Shown: positions 10,506 to 19,406, numbered from the stretch's first letter. The stretch: DNA of 32,000 nt from Candidatus Methylomirabilis oxygeniifera (GCA_000091165.1 FP565575.1:180001-212000), one strand, 5' to 3'. Translations and numbers: made by a program. The notes: a model not told the origin generated them from the sequence alone.

Positions 10506-11717
10506 GTGAGTGGGTCAAACGCTATGTCCACTGATCGTTGCATCAGGGTTATACACCTCATTACTAAGTTGGACGGTGGGGCAGGTGCAAATACCTTGCT
10601 GACCGCGATTGGTCTCAAGCGACTTGGATTCGACGTGACCATGGGCGGTAGTCCTGGGGGGGAGTTGTACGCGGACGCTGAACGTGCTGGTATTCGTACG
10701 ATAGTGCTCCCGCATATGAGACCATCCGTCTCACCCCTTCACGATTGCATCATGCTGATACAACTGTTGAGGCTCTTCAGGCGAGAGCGGTTCACGATCG
10801 TACATACGCATAGTTCGAAAGCCGGCGTGTTAGGGCGCGTTGCGGCTGCCTGCGCGGGAGTTCCGATTATTATCCACAGTGTGCATGGATTTGCATTCCA
10901 TGATCTTACCCAATCAATATCCAAATGGCTCTGGGTTTGGATTGAACGTCTATGCGGCCGTTTGTGCAAGAAGATGCTGTTTGTATCACGGCTACTTGCC
11001 GAAGACGCGGTTGCTCGGCGTATCTGCAACATCGAGGATACGGAGGTAATTTACAGCGCCATCGATCTGGATGCAATCGCGGACGTTTCCTGCGAGGCAG
11101 CGGTCAAGGCGTGGTTCGGTATTCCTGCGGAGGATTCGGTCGTCGCGAGTGTGGGGCGCCTCGATAAAAAAAAGAATATCGTGGATCTGCTCGTTGCGGC
11201 CGAGGTGGTTCTCCGTGAGCACCCGGCCACCACCTTTCTTGTTGTGGGGGAAGGCCCTGAATATGACGCGCTTATCGAGCGAGCGCAAGCGCTTGGGATT
11301 TCGAAAAAGATTATTTTTTCCGGACACCGGACAGATCTGCCTCGGATCCTGGCAGGGATCGATATCTATGCTGTTCCTTCTCTCTACGAAGGGATGGGGC
11401 GGGCAATGACGGAGGCCATGGCTTCGGGGAAGCCGGTAGTAGCAAATGCGGTCGGAGGAATTCCAGAGCTGGTAATCGACGGAGAGACGGGCTTTCTCGT
11501 GGCGGCAAGACGGCCGGAAATGATGGCTGAGAAGATACTCTATCTCTTGTCGCACCCGGGTGAGGCGCGCGTCATGGGCGAGAACGCCAGGAAGATTGTC
11601 GGTCGGGAATTTCATCCTGAAATGATGGTTCGGCGGATTGCGGAGTGTTACGAGACGCTGCTCCGCGAAATTGGGGTCTCCATCACTTCCACTGGTAAAT
11701 GTTTGCGAAAGAGTTGA
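10506..11717 (+). CDS. Glycosyltransferase family 4
   Basis: VIHLITKLDGGAGANTLLTAIGLKRLGFDVTMGG; HTHSSKAGVLGRVAA; VPSLYEGMGRAMTEAMASGKPVVANAVGGIPELV. Confidence 0.95.
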   Translation: MSGSNAMSTDRCIRVIHLITKLDGGAGANTLLTAIGLKRLGFDVTMGGSPGGELYADAERAGIRTIVLPHMRPSVSPLHDCIMLIQLLRLFRRERFTIVHTHSSKAGVLGRVAAACAGVPIIIHSVHGFAFHDLTQSISKWLWVWIERLCGRLCKKMLFVSRLLAEDAVARRICNIEDTEVIYSAIDLDAIADVSCEAAVKAWFGIPAEDSVVASVGRLDKKKNIVDLLVAAEVVLREHPATTFLVVGEGPEYDALIERAQALGISKKIIFSGHRTDLPRILAGIDIYAVPSLYEGMGRAMTEAMASGKPVVANAVGGIPELVIDGETGFLVAARRPEMMAEKILYLLSHPGEARVMGENARKIVGREFHPEMMVRRIAECYETLLREIGVSITSTGKCLRKS

Positions 11718-11869
11718 CCTACGGACTGCGCGCAATGGGCGCAAGGTGACCCCCCTGTAAAATTGGTCTCTGGCCGGTATGGGGTCCGTCGGAGTGCCGT
11801 ATCGGCCGGCGGTTGACGTCGGATGTGAGAGGTGTGATCGGAGTCGGGGTGGGTGATGCAGGATGAGCA

Positions 11870-12688
11870 ATGAATCGGGAGACGTTGGAATATCAGAGAA
11901 ATGGCGCCGATGAAGATGTGCGCGGCATGGACTCCAGACCCGCCTACCTGCTGAGGAATAAGGAGATTGCGCGGAAGCTGAACGCATATTTCGATGGGAA
12001 GATGTTTGAGTGGGTTGTGGACTTCGGTTCGTACAAGGGAGCGCTGCTTGACGAGTTCCGATTTGCTCGTAAAAAAATTGCGATCGATACCAACGAGCAC
12101 TTCGTGGAGCATGTTCGTGTCCGGTATCCGCATATCAAGGCGATCGCGGGGACGCTTCCGGAAATACCGGCTGAGATCGTGGGATCCCGGTACGACTGCA
12201 TAACGGCCTTCCAGTGCCTGTACTATTTGGAGAAGACGGAGTTGGTTGAAACACTCGCCGGGTTCGACGGGATATTGGGTGAGAACGGCTACTTCTTAAC
12301 CGATACGCCGATCCGCCAGGCGGCCCCGTTCCGTCTGATCGACCGTGTCGAGATCAGACTTAATCGAATCGATACCGATCCCATTTATCAAATCTATGAG
12401 AAAATTGAAACGCTGGATAGGTGTTTTGAACGGGAAGAGGAGCGGGCGCGAGTGCTTGCCAAAAACCGGCGGGCGTACCGATGGATCATGGCGCTGAGTT
12501 GGCGGACAAGACCGCTTTCGCGAATCGCGGTAAAGATATTGAAGCTGATGCTGAGCGCCGTCTACCGCAGTCTGACGATACATGGTCTTCTCGGCTGGTT
12601 GGGGATGCGAAGCGATTGGGTGGACGTGTATCAGAAAGCAGATGTAGCGGCGGTCGGTGAGCGACCCTTCAGACTCTTACAAAACTAA
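11870..12688 (+). CDS. SAM-dependent methyltransferase
   Basis: WVVDFGSYKGALLDEFRFARKKIAIDTNEHFVEHVRVRYPHI...YDCITAFQCLYYLEKTELVETLAGFDGILGENGYFLTDTP. Confidence 0.78.
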   Translation: MNRETLEYQRNGADEDVRGMDSRPAYLLRNKEIARKLNAYFDGKMFEWVVDFGSYKGALLDEFRFARKKIAIDTNEHFVEHVRVRYPHIKAIAGTLPEIPAEIVGSRYDCITAFQCLYYLEKTELVETLAGFDGILGENGYFLTDTPIRQAAPFRLIDRVEIRLNRIDTDPIYQIYEKIETLDRCFEREEERARVLAKNRRAYRWIMALSWRTRPLSRIAVKILKLMLSAVYRSLTIHGLLGWLGMRSDWVDVYQKADVAAVGERPFRLLQN

Positions 12689-12873
12689 GAATGTCGACCG
12701 GGAGCGTTGGATTCTTCTCGTCGAATCCCCATCAAGTGTCGTTTGCAAAAAAGAACGGCAGGAAAGCAGTTGGCGACGCGCGACGCCGGGATGCCATGGT
12801 TTGAAGATTCGCGGCGTCTTACTAAAAGTATCTGGCCAAAAAGCGATGACGCGATCCGCTCTCTATTCACAGT

Positions 12874-13884
12874 TCAACCATCCTTTGTGAAGAGCTTTTT
12901 GCAACGCACAAGAACAGACTTGGCGACGGGGCGGGCGATGCGCAGTAATCGATCGCGGCGATCGATAATATGGAAGACGCTCTGGTCGCGTCGTAGTCGA
13001 TAGATAGGAGCGATATTACTGCTAAAGCCGGATTTGAACTCGTTGGCGCCGCCGAAGCTGAACGCGCGACAGCCTTGGGCGTAACTCCACTGTATTGTCT
13101 CCCACAGAAGCGCCTCGTTGGGGTGATAATGACGCATCCGTTCGAGGGAAACGTTTTCCGAATATTCGGCCAGCCCGCCACGAACGAAACGGATAATTGT
13201 TGCAGCGATCACGCGACCCTCGGCTCTGGCAATAAAGAGCTTTCGGTTGCAGTCGAGTTTGAGAAGTGCCTCCAGCTCAGTTCGTGTTCTCAGTGGAAGT
13301 CGATGTCTGCGGTGAGTTTCATTGAAGACATCGAGTAATTCGTCAATGTCCTGGATGTCGTAACTATCCTTAATGTCCACTCCCTTACGCTTTACTTGGT
13401 GAATGTACGTTCGCTTGCGGGCCGATATTCCCTGAAATAGATTTTCAGCGGATCCAGAGAGGTACAACAAGAACGTTCCTGCTGTTTCAGTCGTTTCAAA
13501 ACCGGCTGCCGAGAAACCCTCAAGCGGTTCCCAGGCGTACACAGTAATGAGCCTGCACGATCTACCTTCCTGAAGCAATCCCTGGATAAGCGCTTTTTCC
13601 GCAGGTAGACGTCCATCGCCTTTGGCGAGGACGAGTTGAGGGCGATGTGGCATCCCGGATATGAGGTTTCTTCCGAGATATCGTCCGGTGAGGATACCCG
13701 TTATCGCTCCGGCCGACTCTGCTACAAGGACAAATGGTCGAGCAGATTGTATTGATGGTTCGAGGAAGTACTCAGGGGTGACATAGTGTGAGGGTAAATC
13801 GATCGCTTCGAGAAATCGCCGCCAGGCACGTTCTATTTCTGGCGGTGGGAACTGGCGAAGGATGCGGTATGAAGCCTGCTGCAT
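12874..13884 (-). CDS. FemAB/GNAT-like acyl or aminoacyl transferase
   Basis: ISARKRTYIHQVKRKGVDIKD..., FNETHRRHRLPL, LFIARAEGRVIAATIIRFVRGGLAEYSENVSLERMRHYHPNEALLWETIQWSYAQGCRAFSFGG: typical FemAB-related/Acetyltransf_6 pattern. Confidence 0.8.
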   Translation of the reverse strand: MQQASYRILRQFPPPEIERAWRRFLEAIDLPSHYVTPEYFLEPSIQSARPFVLVAESAGAITGILTGRYLGRNLISGMPHRPQLVLAKGDGRLPAEKALIQGLLQEGRSCRLITVYAWEPLEGFSAAGFETTETAGTFLLYLSGSAENLFQGISARKRTYIHQVKRKGVDIKDSYDIQDIDELLDVFNETHRRHRLPLRTRTELEALLKLDCNRKLFIARAEGRVIAATIIRFVRGGLAEYSENVSLERMRHYHPNEALLWETIQWSYAQGCRAFSFGGANEFKSGFSSNIAPIYRLRRDQSVFHIIDRRDRLLRIARPVAKSVLVRCKKLFTKDG

Positions 13885-14099
13885 CTACGAATGGCTCCTT
13901 CCCTCTCTTCCCTGCAATGGTGAGGAATGTGACGCGAAGTCGCTCGCATGATTCTTTAATGCACCATATGACACGCTCCGCAAGACGTAACATTACCAAA
14001 TTACCCTCGTCCCAACAAGTGACGCCTACCCACCTCTCGACCGATCGTAGTGTATGCCTGGAAAGAGACCAAGGGTCAAGTCAACTGTATCACTCGAAG

Positions 14100-16130
14100 T
14101 TATAGCTCTCCAAGGCGGCGACCAAGTTCCAAGCGTGCTTGAGCAATCGGCGTAGAGTCTTTCGTCCAATCCGTGAACGTAGTACCGACCCTCTGGGCGA
14201 TCGCTTGGGCGGAGGCGGGATCTGTGACTGCGAGTTGGGTCAGGTAGTCGTAGTCGTCTACGGCATCACGGAAGGTTTTCAACCTTAGAGACGCGATGGG
14301 ACCCTCGTATCCGACCTTTGTTCCTGGGTAGAAGAAGGCACCATCTCCGTTGAAGATATCCCCAGAAAGGGTATAGGTCGCCGGGTTCGTCCATGGATCA
14401 GTTACTTGATCCCAGTACACGGTATTCCATTTGAGTAGACCGGTGATCCCGTACTGGAAGCCGATCCAGGCAGGTACCCTGATCTCGTAGATGGGTCGGT
14501 CGAGCAGGTCTCCCGGTGTTCCGTTATCGCCCCAGGCCCCGTACATCCATGACTGTTCGCCAACGGCGCGTCGCTCTGCCCATGTGACCGGATCGAAGCG
14601 GGAAAAATACGGTGTCCAGATGTCTACGCTGCCGTAAAGCGTTCCCCACGTCGGATCCCATGGTCTGGTTTGTTCGGTGATCAGCATTTTTGCTCGCGGA
14701 TCAAGTCCATGCCAGTTGGTTGCCTCGTCACGTACGGCCTGATATCCGGAAGCCTCTTCAGGTTCGTCGATCCCGTCATGGTAGGCTAGGGTAAGCCAGT
14801 CATTGGCACCCAGCCAGTCAAGAATACCCGAAAGGTAACGCTGGGCCTTATCTCGATCTGCCCCGAATGGGTCGGCCCACGGCCAGTCGTCGAACAGAGG
14901 AAGGTCGTAGCTCGTGAGGCCCAAACTGATGAAGTGAGCCATGCGCGCCTGAACGTTCGACGAGTCGATCGTCCCTGTGGCGGCATTATAGGACGGCTCG
15001 GTGCCGCTTGGCCGGGCCGGGGAGAGGCGGTGGCGGAGCAGTTCATGATCGAATTTGTCCATTAGCGTGTTGTGGATATCCGTATATCGGCTCGTTCCGA
15101 ATGCTGCGGCAAACTGCTGCGAGCGGAAATGGCCGAAGTTAGTTCGTAGTGCAGGTGTGGTCGGAAGGCTAAAATTCCAAACTGTCAGCGAGATGGGGAT
15201 CGGTATGGACGCCCCGCCGGATACGCTCACCTGAATGCCGCCGGTGTAGGTCCCCGCCGGCGTGCCGGCCGGTACGTAGACCTCGACATAAATCGGCACA
15301 TTCCGGCCTGCATCTACAGTGAACGGCTGGCCAAGATTCGCTCCCGTTTCCGGATGCTTGAAGGGGATCAGGGGATCAGGCCACCAGCCTGTGGGGTACG
15401 GTGAGGCAGGGCTGGACGTTGTGACCAAAATATATGCCTCGCGGTAGAGGGTGATATTACTCGAAGCGATTACGCCGGTAGGTCCGGTAAGATCAGATGC
15501 GGTGGCCGTGACGTTGCTGAGAGCAGTGTCAGATGGGGCTTTAACGATAACTTGGAAGCCCTCGTACTCATTACGCGCGGCCTTAATGGTGGCCTCGGTG
15601 CTGATTCCGGCGGGGTCGGTGGGTTGGATGCGGGCGAGGGAGTCGGTGACCCACGCTGTTATTTGTGCGGCCGTCGGAGTTGATATTGGCGCCTGAACCG
15701 CTATGCCGCCGGAGGCGCGGGTATTGTTGCTTTCGTTGCTCTCGCTGACGACCTTGGTCGAATCGGCGACCGCCACTACGTAAAATGTGCCGCTTGCGGT
15801 TGAGGCGGGAACAGTAAATGAATTGCTGAGGGCCACGCTGGCTCCGGCGGCGAGACCGGATACGTTCTGGGTGCCGAGGAGAGTCGCGCCGATGGTATTC
15901 GAGGGGTCCGCAGAGAGATACGCCGCAACGTTGAAGGCCTTGGAACTTGCCCTGCCTTGATTCTTAATGGTGCCGGACACGACGATAATGGTGTTGGGAG
16001 AGGTTGAAGATGGGGCGCTGACGGCGGCAACGATCAGATCAGGCCTGGCCTTGGCGGCTTCGGCGTGATTTCCAACGATCCCCGTGAAGCTCAGCGTGAG
16101 AGCCAAGGCGACAGCAACTGTAGTTTTCAT
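14100..16130 (-). CDS. Secreted CARDB-domain + DUF4091-like glycosidase-type protein
   Basis: ORF track opens at 16322, but a signal peptide starts at internal Met (cat 16128-16130): MKTTVAVALALTLSFTGIVGNHAEAA, then PDLIVAAVSAP...VVADSTKVVSESNESNN (CARDB) and GPIASLRLKTFRDAVDDYDYLTQLA (DUF4091-type C-terminus). AAGGAG lies just upstream of the ATG. Confidence 0.85.
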   Translation of the reverse strand: MKTTVAVALALTLSFTGIVGNHAEAAKARPDLIVAAVSAPSSTSPNTIIVVSGTIKNQGRASSKAFNVAAYLSADPSNTIGATLLGTQNVSGLAAGASVALSNSFTVPASTASGTFYVVAVADSTKVVSESNESNNTRASGGIAVQAPISTPTAAQITAWVTDSLARIQPTDPAGISTEATIKAARNEYEGFQVIVKAPSDTALSNVTATASDLTGPTGVIASSNITLYREAYILVTTSSPASPYPTGWWPDPLIPFKHPETGANLGQPFTVDAGRNVPIYVEVYVPAGTPAGTYTGGIQVSVSGGASIPIPISLTVWNFSLPTTPALRTNFGHFRSQQFAAAFGTSRYTDIHNTLMDKFDHELLRHRLSPARPSGTEPSYNAATGTIDSSNVQARMAHFISLGLTSYDLPLFDDWPWADPFGADRDKAQRYLSGILDWLGANDWLTLAYHDGIDEPEEASGYQAVRDEATNWHGLDPRAKMLITEQTRPWDPTWGTLYGSVDIWTPYFSRFDPVTWAERRAVGEQSWMYGAWGDNGTPGDLLDRPIYEIRVPAWIGFQYGITGLLKWNTVYWDQVTDPWTNPATYTLSGDIFNGDGAFFYPGTKVGYEGPIASLRLKTFRDAVDDYDYLTQLAVTDPASAQAIAQRVGTTFTDWTKDSTPIAQARLELGRRLGEL

Positions 16131-16133
16131 GAA

Positions 16134-16175
16134 CACCGCTCCTTGTCGGAAGGTCGCTTTCCGAGAGGAGCGGTG
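16134..16175 (-). promoter_or_regulatory. RBS-sequestering hairpin, putative riboswitch expression platform
   Basis: Minus strand CACCGCTCCT(22 nt)AGGAGCGGTG, perfect 10-bp arms; the 3' arm contains the AAGGAG Shine-Dalgarno of the 16130 gene; inner stem GGAAaG/CTTCC. Confidence 0.7.
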
Positions 16176-16188
16176 GGTGGTGCCGCCC

Positions 16189-16281
16189 TTCCTTTCTTCG
16201 GTAACCCCGCTGTCAGCCCGTTTGCTGACCGGTGGCTTTGCGTCCCAGCCTCGCGACTGGTTTGCCTTTATCGGAAAGGAA
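16189..16281 (-). ncRNA. Cyclic-di-GMP-I (GEMM-I) riboswitch aptamer
   Basis: Minus strand: TTCCTTTCCGATAAAGGCAAACCAGTCGCGAGGCTGGGACGCAAAGCCACCGGTCAGCAAACGGGCTGACAGCGGGGTTACCGAAGAAAGGAA. Shows GGCAAACC, GNRA-capped P2 (CCAGUC-GCGA-GGCUGG), GGGACGCAAAGCC, AGCGGGGUUACCGA and closing P1 UUCCUUUC/GAAAGGAA. Confidence 0.95.
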
Positions 16282-16302
16282 CCTTCTACGCCACTAAAAC
16301 AG

Positions 16303-16319
16303 TGCGAGATTCGTGCCAG
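16303..16319 (-). promoter_or_regulatory. Sigma-54 (RpoN) -24/-12 promoter
   Basis: Minus strand CTGGCACGAATCTCGCA against consensus YTGGCACGRNNNTTGCW: one mismatch, correct GG-N10-GC spacing; predicted start near 16292, about 11 nt before the aptamer. Confidence 0.85.
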
Positions 16320-16566
16320 CACGTGTCTGAAGATCCATTTAGCGCACTCATTTGTGTGCCCAGCAATTTCAATACGTTAGGAAACAACCGCAGAACGCTG
16401 GAGTCTGACTGGCCGATCTCACGCCTCTTTAAGGACGACGGAGTAGCTTTCCGGTGAAAAAAAGTGTCACCGAGGTGACAAGAGGTGTCGGCGGTGCTGA
16501 GGGGCGCCAGTGGATGACTACGCAAGTGCTGTACCAGGGTTGTTCGAGGGCCGGGCGTCCAACTGG

Positions 16567-16754
16567 GGATGGCGACAGAGGCTTTTGTGTCAATGAGTTG
16601 TGAGATGAAGGCTGGACTGAACAGGACTGAGGGATCGGCTGATGCGCCGACGTACGGGAAGGAACTACATTGCTCGGGCGAACAAATTACTCGTAAAAAC
16701 CCCCGTTCACCGTTGACATGCTCAGAACGAACGGGAAGGGCATTGAAAAGAGTA
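16567..16754. repeat. Diverged direct repeat, copy A (~188 bp)
   Basis: Shares ggatcggc(t/c)gatgcgccgacgtacg(g/a)gaaggaactacat, cccgttcac...gacatgctcag...gaacggga and attgaaaagagt with 17743-17942. Confidence 0.85.
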
Positions 16755-16793
16755 ACGGCAGTGGTTCCGGTGCAGCCTTACTCAGAGATAAGG

Positions 16794-17192
16794 TTAATTC
16801 AGGAGATCCAGGAAGTCGGCAAGCTTGACAATGCGGATGTCCCCATAGCGTGTAAGCGAAAGGAGGCGCCGGTCACCCGAGACAATGATATCGGCCTCGG
16901 CGAGGAGGGCACATTCGAGGATCCGGTTATCCGGCTCATCGTAAAGAATGTGTAGATGAGGCTGAGTCCTCATGACCGCGGCCGCCTTGCTGATAGATTC
17001 AAGGAGACGCTCGACCTTCTCATCCGACCATTCGAATTTGGTTCGGAGGATATTGGCGGTTTCGGTGAGGATGGCGAGGGAAGTGAATAACTCGAATGTT
17101 CTTCGCACGACGTGGAGGTATGCCTCTTCCGCATTGCCCCCAGGAATGACAAAGGCCGAGATGAAGATATTCGTATCGAAGACGACCCGCAC
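16794..17192 (-). CDS. PIN-domain toxin
   Basis: MRVVFDTNIFISAFVIPGGNAEEAY...DEPDNRILECALLAEADIIVSGDRRLL: canonical PIN acidic residues. Confidence 0.92.
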   Translation of the reverse strand: MRVVFDTNIFISAFVIPGGNAEEAYLHVVRRTFELFTSLAILTETANILRTKFEWSDEKVERLLESISKAAAVMRTQPHLHILYDEPDNRILECALLAEADIIVSGDRRLLSLTRYGDIRIVKLADFLDLLN

Positions 17193-17194
17193 GT

Positions 17195-17440
17195 TCAGCG
17201 GTCCTGGAAGACCAGGGCTTCGACGTCGGCTTCAGTGAGGACTCCTTTCTTCCTGGCCTGCCTGGCGCCGTACCGCTGAAGCTCAAAGAACTCTAACTCC
17301 GAACGGCGTTGTTGATAGGCCTGGAACATGTCGCGGAAAAGCTGGCTTTTGTTTTTGGCCTCGGCTTTGGCTAGCCTGTCGAATTTTCGGGCAAGATCAG
17401 GGGGCATGGAAACTGTCAAGGCTACGCGTTTGTGGTCCAT
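17195..17440 (-). CDS. Ribbon-helix-helix (CopG/MetJ-like) antitoxin
   Basis: MDHKRVALTVSMPPDLARKFDRLAKAEAKNKSQLFRDMFQAYQQRR; directly upstream of the PIN gene. ORF opens at 17497, Met at 17440 preferred. Confidence 0.88.
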   Translation of the reverse strand: MDHKRVALTVSMPPDLARKFDRLAKAEAKNKSQLFRDMFQAYQQRRSELEFFELQRYGARQARKKGVLTEADVEALVFQDR

Positions 17441-17742
17441 ATCACCGCCCTCCTCTGTGTATAAATAAATCATACAGCACATCGATCTGACTGTCAATGC
17501 CTGCCGGCTTCAGTGTAGGACTCGGGTATTGGGTGTGTAGCCCTGGAGATGCCGAGGCGCGTGGATGCGGGCGTGCTTAGGCCGACCCGCCATGTCAAGC
17601 TTCCGGTTTGTAAGTCGTAGCAGATCCTGGGCCGGCAAGGGTGGCCCAAGTGTCAGCCCCCGGACCGTTCAGCATCGACGACCCTGTCCGCGATCGCGTC
17701 CCACTGGGATCGGAGATATCAGAGGATCAGTCGTCTAGCGAA

Positions 17743-17942
17743 GGATGGTCGCGGAGGCTTTCATATCAGCGAGTTCTGAGAATAAGGCTGAGTTGAACAA
17801 CAGGGAGGGATCGGCCGATGCGCCGACGTACGAGAAGGAACTACATCACCCTGGCGGAAAAACTACCCGTAGAACCTGTCCCGTAAACCCCGTTCACCCT
17901 TCGACATGCTCAGGGCGAACGGGAGGGGTATTGAAAAGAGTG
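17743..17942. repeat. Diverged direct repeat, copy B (~200 bp)
   Basis: Homologous to 16567-16754; ends in the palindromic module cccgttcacccttcgacatgctcagggcgaacggg. Confidence 0.85.
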
Positions 17943-17996
17943 TGTAAATCAGACTTATAACTTGCTTTTTGCACAAACGTGGAGCATCATCTCACC

Positions 17997-19190
17997 ATGA
18001 TCGCTCGAGACATCTCAGAAGAACTTGTCCGATCCGCCGCGGAGTATCCTGTAGTAACCATCCTGGGTCCTCGCCAATCAGGCAAGACCACGCTGGCCCG
18101 GATGACGTTTCCGGACACACCGTACTTTTCCCTGGAAGACCCGGATGTCCGGATCGCAGCCGAGGCCGATCCGCGAGGGTTCCTCAGCCAGATGGAGGGC
18201 GGCGGCATCCTGGATGAGGTGCAGCGTGTCCCGGCGCTCCTGTCCTATGTCCAGGGAATAGTCGATAAGACCAAACAGCGTGGCCGGTTTATCCTGACCG
18301 GCAGTCATCAGCCGCAACTGCATGAGGCAATCAGTCAGTCGCTGGCAGGCCGAACTGCCGTGCTAACCCTGTGGCCGTTCTCGCTTCACGAGCTCGGTCG
18401 TTACAAGTCCGCGCGGGACCCCTTCGGCCTGATCGTACGCGGATGCTTTCCGCGGCTTCACGAAGAGGGTCTCGAGCCGCGTAGGTTCTTCAACGGCTAC
18501 CTGCAGACCTACGTCGAGCGCGATGTGCGCGCATTGATTCAGTTGCGCGACCTGTCGCCGTTTCAGCGGTTCCTCACGTTGTTGGCGGGCCGGGTGGGAC
18601 AGGTCGTCAATCTTGCTTCGCTCTCCAACGATGTCGGCGTATCGACCACGACCATCAGGAATTGGCTCTCCGTTCTGAAAGCGTCGTATGTCGTATTCGA
18701 ATTACCACCGTTCTTCGAGAACATCCGAAAGCGTGTGATCAAATCCCCTAAAATATTTTTTACAGATGTGGGTCTCGCAACCTTTCTGCTGGGTATCCAT
18801 ACCGAACAACAGGCATTTCGCGATCCCTTGCGCGGAAGCCTCTATGAGAACCTCATCATTGCGGACATTGTGAAGGGCGCTCTCAACAAAGGGATCAGGC
18901 CGGAGATCTATTTTTTCCGCGACTCTCACGGGAACGAGGTTGACTTGCTCATCCGAGAAAAAGGCGTGATGACGCCGGTCGAGATCAAGTCCGCCGGGAC
19001 GTTTTCCGTGGATTTCGTCAAAGGGGTCGAGCGTTTTCGAGCGCTGGGCATGACGGGTGTGTCCGCAGGCGCGGTCCTCTATAACGGCGAGCAGGAGTTC
19101 AATGTCCGAGGCGTCCGCATTTTCAATCCGCTTCTTGTTGACAATATCTGGGAGACCTTGACCGCGCCTCCGAGACAGGCAGAATCCTGA
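17997..19190 (+). CDS. AAA_14/DUF4143 family ATPase
   Basis: VVTILGPRQSGKTTLARMTFP (Walker A), GGILDEVQRVPALLSYVQ (Walker B-like), RFILTGSHQPQLHEAISQSLAGRTAVLTLWPFSLHEL; C-terminal DUF4143-type region. Confidence 0.93.
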   Translation: MIARDISEELVRSAAEYPVVTILGPRQSGKTTLARMTFPDTPYFSLEDPDVRIAAEADPRGFLSQMEGGGILDEVQRVPALLSYVQGIVDKTKQRGRFILTGSHQPQLHEAISQSLAGRTAVLTLWPFSLHELGRYKSARDPFGLIVRGCFPRLHEEGLEPRRFFNGYLQTYVERDVRALIQLRDLSPFQRFLTLLAGRVGQVVNLASLSNDVGVSTTTIRNWLSVLKASYVVFELPPFFENIRKRVIKSPKIFFTDVGLATFLLGIHTEQQAFRDPLRGSLYENLIIADIVKGALNKGIRPEIYFFRDSHGNEVDLLIREKGVMTPVEIKSAGTFSVDFVKGVERFRALGMTGVSAGAVLYNGEQEFNVRGVRIFNPLLVDNIWETLTAPPRQAES

Positions 19191-19406
19191 CTCAGAGCGA
19201 ACGGCCGGTGCGGATGCACTCTGACTCGTGCGGTGGAGCGCCAGAGACCACACGCTGGTGTCCGCCAGCGCCTTCATCGGTGCGCGCGCTGCTTTTTGTA
19301 ATCGTATGCGGGATCGTAGTCGATCGTCCCGAATAGCGAGCCGATCTTGTCCTGCTTCAGGGCGGGGTTACGAGGTGGGCAGCGCAACGCCCGCGATAGT
19401 TCCGGC

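Noticed and set aside
11740-11830. Possible insertion-sequence terminus (gtgacccccctgtaaaattggtc)
   Set aside because: No matching opposite end, target duplication or transposase seen nearby.
16131-16322. N-terminal 64 aa of the 740-aa ORF 14100..16322 as coding
   Set aside because: This stretch overlaps the riboswitch and hairpin; a signal peptide and SD mark the real start at 16130.
16411-16427. Second sigma-54-like site on the plus strand (CTGGCCGATCTCACGCC)
   Set aside because: GG-N10-GC spacing is right but the -12 half is ACGC and the -24 half is imperfect; no plus-strand gene downstream.
16065-16457. Plus-strand 130-aa and 98-aa ORFs over the leader region
   Set aside because: They cover the riboswitch and promoter on the opposite strand and show no protein family features.
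16567-19190. TA pair plus DUF4143 ATPase as an antiphage defence system
   Set aside because: The ATPase is transcribed opposite to the TA pair and separated by a repeat; no effector or sensor partner is present, so grouping them would be speculation.
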